Of a stretch of 64,000 nucleotides of DNA, positions 1 to 20,301 are shown one piece after another. Origin of the DNA: Catajapyx aquilonaris. Lineage: Eukaryota. The DNA is taken from the NCBI GenBank assembly GCA_000934665.2, contig JYFJ02001102.1, positions 1-64,000 on the forward strand. The letters are read 5' to 3'. Below the pieces are notes generated by a model that saw only the letters and a list, made by a program, of their open reading frames with translations, ran no database searches and was not told where the DNA came from. Position numbers and translations under genes: made by a program. The number at the start of each line of letters is the position of its first letter. Positions within the stretch are counted from its first letter, which is position 1.

Positions 1-1049
1 AAATTTTTTTTCTTGTTTCTTATTGGGAACATGTTCAGAAAATGCAATAGGAACTGACATTGCGTTAAAAAATTCTTCTCAGGTCTCAGGAGGATATAGT
101 AATGACAAAGTGAGCCTTACGTAGATGCTACAGTTGACAACTTGGGTTTGTGACAACGAAATACTTTATTGTTGATAATTGTGCTGCTGCATTGATTTTT
201 AAAATGTGATTCACAGATGATAGAGTTTAGAGTGAATTGTTAATTAACACAACATGGTAGTTCGGCATATTATTTTCCTTGCGATTTTCAAATTACTGTC
301 AGGGTAAAAGAGGATAGCAGCAATGATAGATTCTTGCTGATTAGTGAATGAGCTGCACAAGTTGAAATGTTAGCCAAAGGATGAGTGATTACATGCACTT
401 TAGATTTTGCGCAATGGAATGAGCATTTTGACAGCAAGTCCGGATGTATTTTGATGGGCATTATGCATACAATATCAGAGCCGTTATTTTTTGACCAAAG
501 TACTGATCTGATGCAGGTCACATGGGGTTTGCTGAAACTGTAGTTTATTGCATGCAGCACTACTTAACCAATTGGTTCTGGAATTAATACTGTATTTGCA
601 AATGTTATTAATCAATGAAATGAAACATTTTTCAGTTGCTGTGTTTGAGTAATCTGAAACTTAAAAATAACAGTGCCGAATCACTAATAATAATAGACAA
701 CCTACATTTGTTTATCAGAACCAAGGGGGTAAAATGTAGTTGTGCGTGCCTAAACCTGAAGGTAAATCGACGATTGCACTGGAATTATGAATTCCAATTT
801 TTGGTGTAACTTGTGAATGGAGTATAAACCTGAACTCTGTAAATTGCACAATGCTTCTTCTCAAGTATGTTTGGGTAATCGAAAAATATGGTTGCACATC
901 CCAACTTCTGCTCCCACCTGTTGCCACACAAATTACATATGTTCCAAAATTGTTGAGTCTGTACCTCTAATGTGAGTGTGTGTGTTTGCTTGTGTGTTCC
1001 CCCAACTCCCTGCCTTTCCCCTGACCTGTTCGACAATCGACAACATCAG

Positions 1050-10881
<9,832 letters not shown>

Positions 10882-13800
10882 AAGGAGGCGGCGGCGGTGG
10901 GCGGGGGGCTGCTGGCGCCACTGTCGCCGTTTGGGTCGTGATTGAGGAAAGACAAAGTGAGAGCAGGGGTCGGGTGATTGCATTGAGTGTTGTTTGCCCA
11001 CCCACCCCTGCAAATCCAGTTCTTAGATTGCAAAAAAAAAAGCTGCCTGAGACAATTTACCAGACCACTCTGCCCCCCCCTGAAGAGAGGCTGGCGACAC
11101 CGATGGTTGCATCGATAGTTTTGTGACAAACAAGCAGTTTATTAGACACCGACTGGAAGTGCTGTTTTTTCAGATTGTCGTCTGGCAGCACTTGCTGCTC
11201 AGTTCCTGACACAGCTGGCGACACTGCCTCAGTCTTCATTTTTAGAGTTTGTTGTAAATCACGTGGTCATCTCTGCCTGCATGCTGCCCCCCCCCGACAA
11301 ACAGTTAATAATTTATAGGACAGCTGTGGCACAGAAACCAACGCAAAGTAATAATGTGAATAATTAGTGAACTCTTAAAAAGACGTTGCGTAATGCCGAA
11401 GTTCGGGAGGTACCAAGCGATTGTTTAAAAAAGACCAACTTAAGCAAAAAGGCCTGTTAAAAGGCTGCCCCATTGTGTTCAGGAAAACTAAATGGCCGCT
11501 CGGTGGCAGTTTCCCCCCCTCCACCACCCCCCACCCTCCACACACGCCCCCCCTTTTTTATATAGTGCACCGAGTATGTTGTGTACATGTGTGAGTGCAT
11601 CTCCCCCTCGGCCTTGCCATCCCCCCACCACCTTTACAAATCATGAAACATGACGCCATTTTTTTTTTTTCATTTCTTCTTTGGGTACCATATTTATAAT
11701 GGCAAATCTATATTATTACAGGCTAATATTGTAATAATATTGTGTACTGAGTTGACCTTTCTCCAACACTACACCAGTTTTTTAAGTTCAATTTGTTGAC
11801 TCGTAGTTTGATGTGTAGTGTCTGTACATAAAATCCTTCCTCGTCTTGTTATTCCTATTCTCTTTGTTGCTATTTAAAACATAGAAGAAGAAAAACAAAG
11901 GCAGCAATGAATCAGTGAGGTTGTGTCCGTTATTTATTTTGTACTTCTCCTTTGTTCCGAGTTGTCACCTGGACTGGTCAGAAGAGCAAAACAAAAACAA
12001 AAACAAAAAAAAAACTTTGAGTGTTTCCGCCCCCCCATCCTGCACCCTCCCCCCCCCTTCCCCCCCACACACCCAAGAAAATCACTGTTACAACAAAAAA
12101 AAAATTGGGCGGACAAATCAAGCCAGGCATCTGACTTAAGTAGTAATAAAAAACGATTTGAAAATGTTTATATACATAATATATATAGAGATATATAATT
12201 ATATATACATACAGTATATTCTTCACAAACTATTTTTTAAAAAGCGTGACTTGTTTTTTTTTTCTTCCTTCGCTAAGTGCGGCGGAAGTTTTTTTGTTCT
12301 GGTTTTTTTTTGTTTTTTCCTTTTTCAAAGCATGTGAATGGACAAATTTTGACCAGACAATTTACTCGCTCTGCCCTGCCCCCAGACATGTACACACTTG
12401 AATGGTGTGTACATATGTGGTTGATCATGTACTTGGGGGGGGTGGGTCAGTACCTCCCTTTGCAGTTACCAAATACTTTGCGCTGCCCCCCCTCCCCTTG
12501 CCCCCCCTTTGATGTACATAGACAGAAAGGGAAAAAAAAGTGAATTTTTTATATTTTTTGATACAGTTTCATGGTGTTTGCCCCCCCCCTTTCGACCCCA
12601 TCCCCCCCTCATTACTTGCAAGTTATGCCTAATAATAATAATTGTAGGGAGGGAATGGGGACAATTGTAGGGTTGGGGTAAAAAAAGGAAATACTGTAAC
12701 AACCTCTGTCTTGTGTGCCCATGTGTTTTAGTCTTGTCCGCTTTTTGTGTGTTGTACAGTTTAGGATAAAGAAAAAAAATGGATGTCACAAGTTCAACAT
12801 TGATGACGGAAATACTTTTTTTTCTCTTTCCCATTAATCCGTGTATGGCTCTTTAGGATTAGGTGAAGAAAAATTTGAGAAACCTCAGGTGTCGTGGCAA
12901 TGGAGGAAGCGTATGAAAACAGAAAAATGAAAGAAAAAAAAACGTACGTGAAGTACGTACACTTGTACATAGCATGTAAAAGAAACACAAGTTTTCTTGC
13001 CAGTATTTCAGTGACCTGAAATGAGAATGGAAAATAAGGATTTTTAATGTGTTCCCATGTACAAGATTTGAAAAAAGCGGGGATCTCGAATAAGTAATAA
13101 TTGTAGGTACATTTTTTTTTTGTACGTGAGTGTATCGTGTGTGGACTCAGATCTCATGGGTTATTTTTTTTTCTCCTCTTGTTCAATTTTTTTTTTCTTG
13201 TTATAATTTTATGAAGTTTTTTGGAAGAGTAGTGTTACATGTTTTTTCTTTCTAAACCCCCCCTCCTTCCCATATTTTTTTGTCGTTTGGTCACTACATC
13301 ACACATGAACTTGCGAACATTCCACCCCAAAGAACGGTGCAATTTTTTTTCGGCCATTAAGAGACTGAAAAGAGATTTGTTACGTACTCCATTTTGCAAA
13401 TTGTTTAATTAATTAAAGGGGGTGGGGGAAAACGTGCAATACCTGAAGAAGCTATGATTATTTATTGCGATTAAAACTTTTTTTTTTCTGGTAGCATTAT
13501 GGAGCAACTGGTATTTTGCATGAATGTTACGTGTCCGAGTGCAAGTGGGCAATGCGAGTACAAGAGAGGGAGCCCGGAATGAATTGCATTTTTTTTCTCC
13601 CTTGGGACAAGCTCAATGTACATAACTGTAAAAAGTGTTATGCAGAACAAAATCAGCATGCCCCGGACACCTTCCCCGCCCAACCCCTGAGTTTGTACAG
13701 TGGCAGGCAGCATTTTAGAAGCGTGAGAAAAACCGGTGCCCACTTGACACAGTTGTGTAGAAAAAATGATGGACTTTCCCCAATGTGCAGGTCATAAAAG

Positions 13801-14100
13801 TACGCCACCAGTGCTCCTGTGCCCTCCCCAAGTTTCATCGGTGGTTACGTGTCAGCCTTGCCATGCCGTTACAACCTGCTCGTTAAAGTGGTTGTGATAT
13901 AATGATAATTAGCTGGTAACCACTGATGAAAAAGAAGACTGGTTGTTAAAGCGTCCGGTTTACAAAGCGCGATTGCCATTCAAGTGGAATTTTGTACTTC
14001 CTAAATGCAGCCTGCAATTTACCCTCCCCCAAACCAAATGAAGTGGTAAATATTTCAGAGGTTTTTTTAAAAACAATAAATGAACCAAGTAATTCCAACT
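10882..14100 (+). promoter_or_regulatory. Long CBP 3'UTR with candidate poly(A) signals and RBP/miRNA motifs
   Basis: Follows the CBP stop codon; U/A/C homopolymer-rich; AATAAA at 12145-12150 and 14075-14080; five TGTACATA motifs. The true 3' end is inferred, not observed. Confidence 0.6.
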
Positions 14101-14157
14101 GGTTTTATTTACATTATATGGACAGTAACGGATGAGTTCTTTGCGGAGAATCTGGCT

Positions 14158-15084
14158 TCAACTCCGGATCTGCTCAATGACGTACGGAGCTGTAATACGA
14201 AAAAAACAATGCAATTAATTCAAGTACACTGTAGTTAAATGTTAGTTATTTCAGTTATGATTAAACCCAGTTCTTTTTTTGGGGGTCCACCGTGTAATGC
14301 TCACTTTCTCTGTATGTCTCCTTTTGTGGAGATTAATATGTAAGTGTTGCATCATAGATCAGGTAAGATATTTTTTAATACACACAGTATTTACAGTATG
14401 CAGCGCTCGTTATGTTGTCACACGATTTTGTGCTTTCATGAGGCGCAGGAAGCATTGCGCTGAGTCAATAAGTAATATGCATGCACATGTACAGTACACT
14501 GTGCACTGCAAAACATTACATATCAATTTTTAATGCTCTTGCGATGCTCCTGTGATCCTTTTTTGTTGCTCAAATGCATCACAAGAGCATTAAAAATTGA
14601 TGTTCCATAAAAGACTCACCAGTTTAATGTTTTGCGGTTTACACTGTACGAATGATAATATTCAGATATTAAAACTTGCACATCAGAAAATGTTCCGGTT
14701 GGAATAGTACCATCAACGTTCTGTACTAATGCAATGTTAACACTACATGAAGTTTATTATTGCAACTACTGTGCAATCCTGCGTGCCCAAAGGTTAGCGC
14801 TGTGGGTTAGGTCGTACGACGCTAACCTTTTTTGATTTTACTTCCCAGCATACGTCCAGCACAGATAGAGATAGAGATAGACTAAGAAGGGTGGAAATGG
14901 CGACACTTTTAAACTCCCCTCAACAAATTTTAAAGTGCGTCTGAACTCTTTCATGATGTAACTTACTGGCTCTGATGAGAGCGATGAGTAGGAAGAATGT
15001 GGTGAAGTTGCCGATCACGGCCTCCCGCATCTTCCTCTTCTCCATCGTGGGGTCCATGTCGCCCGAGGAGTACATCCGGATCAT
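14158..15084 (-). CDS. TOMM5: Mitochondrial import receptor subunit TOM5 (49 aa)
   Basis: Minus-strand exons 15084-14967 (ATG ... A|gtaagt) and 14189-14158 (ttacag|CT ... TGA) give MIRMYSSGDMDPTMEKRKMREAVIGNFTTFFLLIALIRATPYVIEQIRS. This aligns with metazoan TOM5 ([35 protein letters not shown]). AATAAA on the minus strand at 14109-14104; an acceptor at 15089 implies an upstream non-coding exon. Confidence 0.9.
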
Positions 15085-15538
15085 CTCTCTGCCGGAGGGG
15101 GTCAGAGGTCAGGGAATCAGCAGAAATTGGGAGGGGGAAAAAAATCCAACCCAAATGTGTGGTTCGAATGTTCGGGAAAAAAATAAGAGACGTCAGGCCT
15201 AGCGATCGAAGCGATCGAAAGTGCTGCTGTCTGCTGGTCACTTTCCGAAGCTACGACTAGTCCGGAGGGAAGTTTAAAACACTTATTCTTCAATTACGGA
15301 TTAAATTAAAATGAGTACAATTAATTAACTTGATACAATCGTACGGTCATATATCCGGAAACACCGCGGCATTGCCAGTTCTACCCTATACTTATGCTGG
15401 TTTGTATAACAGAGTCGATGTGGCAACGTTGAAATTCACTTGTATAATCAAAATGGTGATATCATTACATGTGTGAATCACTGTAAAAAGGGGCGTTGAC
15501 GCGTTGTATTATTTTTGCGGTGCACACCACTTTTCAAT

Positions 15539-18078
15539 ATGGATAGTCTAGACCCAGTGCGATCTGGTCCAGGGGCAGCTCCTGGGCAGGCACAAGGGCC
15601 AGCTGATGACCCACCAGCAGCCAATGGTGCTACTTCATGCGTACAAGTAGTGCCAGCGCAGGGAGAACCAACCCAATGTAGTGGCGGGGACGCCTCAGGT
15701 AAGGAGGAGCAGGTAGAATGAAGATAATTTGGAGGTAAATATTGTTCTAACAAGATAATTATTTTGCCCGGCTTTATGAATGCTTACTTTTTTTTTAAAA
15801 AAAAAAAAAGCGTCCCTAACTGGTTAGATGGTTTGGCCGGATTTGGCAGTCTCTGAAACGGATATGGTTCTGCTGGTGAAGATATATATAGTTTTCAAAT
15901 ATTCTACACATTATGCGAGTTCATATAAGCAGATGGTGTACTGCATAATGATTTGAGAAGATTCTATTATAGGTAGGAGAATAATTACATGACTGGAGAT
16001 GCTGGATATGAATGGACTTTTCATGAGATGCATTTTGTTTTGTGACTGATACTCATGAATTTACTTCATGAAACCCTTATTGGCTTATTCTCAGGCATAT
16101 TTTTATAGATACTCGGAATTATATGTGTTGCTCTGCATCGTAATCAAGTTTGGAGGCATGACATCCTGTTCCAATAGTTTACGTATGCAATGAAAATAAT
16201 ATCAGCTACGGTACCTATGTACGAGTAATTGATGGTTTGACCTTCAAGCATTAGGTTTTTTCACTATTATTTAATCGAGATTAGTCTACTTGCATGGCCA
16301 GATTTCCTTAATTCTGGTATGTGCTGGGCAGTGCGTTGCATGTTGGTGGAATTGTTTCAATTGCACTCTCTTTTTATATGTAGCAGAAATTATTGTCCAG
16401 AAAAGCCATGTTCAGTTGCTGTAATACCTCCTTTTCCAGCTGTCCCTCCTTCAGTGCAACCTGCCGTACTGCCGAACAATGAAGAATGTGTTGAACCACG
16501 TGAGAACCTGTCAGGTAGGGGAGGTCGTCATGCTCTGTACCTCAGCATGCTTCTCATCGAGGCAGATTATTTCACACTGGAAGCACTTCACAATTCCTGA
16601 TTTTCCAGTGTGCAGTGCACTTGAGGGGCCTGGAGGAGGACAGCCTAACTCAGGAGGAGGTGGTGGAGTGGTCAGTATGCCTGCAGATCCACAGATGCAG
16701 TTGCGCCGGCAAGAGGTGCTTCAGCGCATGAATCAGAACCAGCTGTTGAGGAGAAGAGTGGCCACCATGCTGATGGGCAGCTGTCCCCCAGTGGCTCCCT
16801 CCATGCCGTCTGGTATGCCGCAGCAGCCATCACCAACTACTCCATCTGCAAGCATGATGAGGGTAGGGCAAGTGGGAGGGGGCAGAGGAGGTGGCCCACC
16901 ACTTCCCCCGCAGATAATGGCACAGCAGGGAATGAGGGGCCCAGATCCAGGTCCTGCCCTGGGACCTCGTCCAGTGGGGATTCCAGGTGGCCCACCTGTT
17001 GTCCCTGGAGCTGCTGCTGCAGCTGCAGCAGGGCAAGCAGGGATTCAACAGGGGGGGATTCCTCAGGCTCTACAGCAACTGCTTCAGGCACTCTGCTCAC
17101 CCAGCTCCCCTCAGCAACAACAGCAAGTCCTACAAATTCTCAGGAGCAATCCTCCACTTATGCAAGCATTCATCAGGCAGCGGCAACAACTGCAGCAGCA
17201 GCAGGAGGAGGAGGTGAGATTAATTTTTTCATGAGCACCTTATGGCTTAGTCCAGGCTATTTCATAAGTATCGTCAACATAACTGATACACACAAAGTAG
17301 CACTTACAGTTAGTATGTTCTATCGCCTGGTGAAGTCCATTTCATTTAGTCATAACTCATAAGGTTGATAATCGGCCTGCACGCCAGAATTTTTTGTCAT
17401 CATTTACATTTAAGCAAGTGCAAGATAAAATATTGGCCTTCGATCAACCTCGAAATTGATTTTTTGGGACACAGTGCGTTTCACTTACAGCAATGATAAT
17501 AATAATTATATAGTCATAGGTAACCCTTGAAATTGTATTGGATTGGCTCTGTTTGCTAACAGTAACTGATCATTTTATGGGGAGAGGTCCATGAAAAGCA
17601 TGTGCTATTTATGTACAGTTGACTCGGGATATAACAATCTCGGTCATAACAGATTCTTGGTAATATCAGACTCAAAAAGCTAGTTCCACGCCACACTTCC
17701 ATAAGGCCCTGCATATTTTGATATCAGTCATAATTATGACAGACCTCGATTATGGCAGACTGATTTAAGCGGCCTTTTGAAGTCTGTTATATCCGTAGTT
17801 TACTGAATAAGAGATGAAAATACAATAGAAATTTGCATATGGTGCAGATAATAACACGATATGAAGAAAGTTCTGATCTTTATAATCTGGTTTTTCCTGT
17901 CCAATAATGCCTGGAAGGGGCTGGTGTGGTTGTGATCATCTAAATTCATGATGTCTTGTTTACTATTATGAAGTAATACTGCACATGATCGTATCTCCGT
18001 TGTCACTAATTCGAGGCATTGCAGCAGGAGATGCAAAGTGGAGGTTGGGCAGGAGCAGACATGCACTGTGAAGAGTAG
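15539..18078 (+). CDS. CBP-derived partial paralogue A (NCBD-containing, HAT-less, degenerate TAZ1); functional gene or young pseudogene
   Basis: Open model: 15539-15698 (ATG; G|gtaagg), optional 16440-16514, 16609-17213 (GAG|gtgaga), 18016-18078 (TAG), giving 275 or 300 aa. Alternative: ORF from ATG 16479 through the TAZ1 remnant. High DNA similarity to CBP 8353-8420, 8024-8190, 9140-9488 and to the CBP intron 9489-9777. Confidence 0.65.
17616..17805. mobile_element. pogo/Tigger-like MITE remnant in an intron of paralogue A
   Basis: TA-CAGTTGACTCGGGATATAACA ... TGTTATATCCGTAGTTTACTG, imperfect TIRs starting CAGT; absent from the homologous CBP intron. Confidence 0.6.
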
Positions 18079-20301
18079 CATGTGGTGCTGTGGATGAAGT
18101 TTCAGCCTTCAACTGTTGTATCCAGTTGGACTGGAGACGCACCTGATGGGCCAGAAGCGGATCACACCAGATATTTATCCAGAGACACTGTTGCATCAAA
18201 GTGTGCTTCACAGCCACTTGTTGTCGCAGGGATTCATTGTTCTACTGCTCATATACTCCCAAGTTTTTGTTGACACGCACATCACATATTGTGGTGCAGC
18301 AAGAGTAAAGAGAACTAATGTGGAGATGAGGAAAGTAATTATTCAGTTGTACTCTACCAGGTTGTTGGATGAATGGAACAGAAGCAATGATGGCTATGAT
18401 CAATGGCTGTGAATTTTTTAAAATAAACAAACCGTGCCATCTGCTTTTTAAATCTTAAGTATTATTTCCTATTATTTCAAATCCACCCTTCCTCCTAATT
18501 GCAGGTTGCAGAATGTGGCAATCATGCATGAAGAAATCCATGTCATTCATTGTTCACTTGCGGTCTGGGATTTAAAGTTACTTATCAATTGTATACCAAT
18601 GACGATGAGCAGAGAAGTTGTTCTACCTGCTTCACTCCAGCATGTAACAATTTCTCTTTTGCATTACTGCAGCAGAGAGAAATTCTGTGATTTAGTTCTA
18701 AAGCGGAAAGAAATGCTGGGTTGTGATCTGAGTTGACACCCATGCAGTTTCTTTTAATTTCTGTAATGGGTAAGTGAATGAATTAAGTGGAGAAGGTATC
18801 GAATGTTTACAATCTTATTTTCAGAAGGAATTTCAAGAAAGTAGGGGTTTATAAGTTATGGTACAGTACATTTCACATTAAAAATTACTTGTTGTTAGTG
18901 TAGTGTTGTAGATTTGTGCTCTATTTCATCCCTTGATGATTCCTGTCAGAAAATTAGACTGACAGTCATATCTAGAGTTTGTTAGATTTTTGAACGCAAC
19001 TTACTGTAGCAAATTCGGTCAAAATAAGGAGTATGGAACAGCACCATACAAATCACCTGCAAAATAATAGTCATCCTGGTATAACATTAATAATGAAACG
19101 TCACTTTGGAGAAAATTAATTTTTCATCATTATTTTAATGTCAATATCATAGATGTTTTCATTGCAGATGATCAAGGAAGTTTCAATCTAGGTGTTCTTG
19201 GTGTCTGAGGTGTTTGCCAGCCTCCATCGCCATGACCATATGCCTGACCATAGATATTAATATCTACGGGCGTGACCTCTTACCCCACTCCAATAATGAC
19301 ATGTTATACTTGTGCTCTTGTGCTGAATGGTTATACTGACTTGAGGGTGTGCGGTGTGGCAATGTTGGAAACATGGATTAGGTATGTAAGGACTTCCCTG
19401 CCTTTATCAACGTTGACAACCTGTATATATTATGGGGGGTGACAAATGTGATGAGCCACGTCTAAATAATATACGATGCAGTTGGCTAGTTTGCATTGCA
19501 ATTAACTGGTAAGTTTAAAAGGGTTCTGCAACCACAATGAAATATTGCATAAATATGCATAATGTAATTATTGCTCACAGTATTCTACATCTTAGACGGC
19601 ATAAGAAAATTATTATGACCCTTTTCGGTCCTGCATAATTTAAGGCTGACCTAATTTTGCATTTTTTTTTGATACTTTCATTAATTAGCATGGAATATAG
19701 TGTGCATTTTAGGCATAGAGCAGGCAGCAAAAGTTGTGAATTATTGTCTCGGTTGGCCCCTTTATTTATAGCAGTCTGCCTTGAAGTCTCACATTTGTCA
19801 CCAATATTTCATGGATCAACTTTTATTGCGACTGATGCAGCATCGATCTCCTCCTTTCAAATTTCGCGCGCACGTTTGTTTTATTTTGCGCTTATACTTT
19901 CGCGACATATTTACTATTTACATGTACCTAATATTTCCCCCCTATTGTTTAATTCACAAAATGCCATGTTTTAAAATGTACGGCGATTTTAGACTAAAAT
20001 ATGGTAATTTTGACTCTAGTTGTTCGGCAGATTCTGGGTAGCTTATACACGGGTCAGGTTGGCAACGCTGCCCCTACGCGTTCGGAGGGAAACGTGATAA
20101 GGGGACCTGGGGAAGTCCCCCGGGTTGGAAATGTCAACGACATGTGGGGGCATGCAAGTATAAGGACCGTGTGATTCATGATCACAGGATAAAAGAAAAG
20201 AGGCGTTGCCCCAACAGGCTCAGGAAGAAGAAGAAGAAGAGTTGGTTGGGCAGGACCGAGAGCAGGACTCGTCCTTTATTGCTGTGCACACCACTTGCAA
20301 T

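Noticed and set aside
14963..15241. 92-aa minus-strand ORF and the overlapping 75-aa plus-strand ORF
   Set aside because: Wrong-frame and antisense shadows of the TOMM5 exon.
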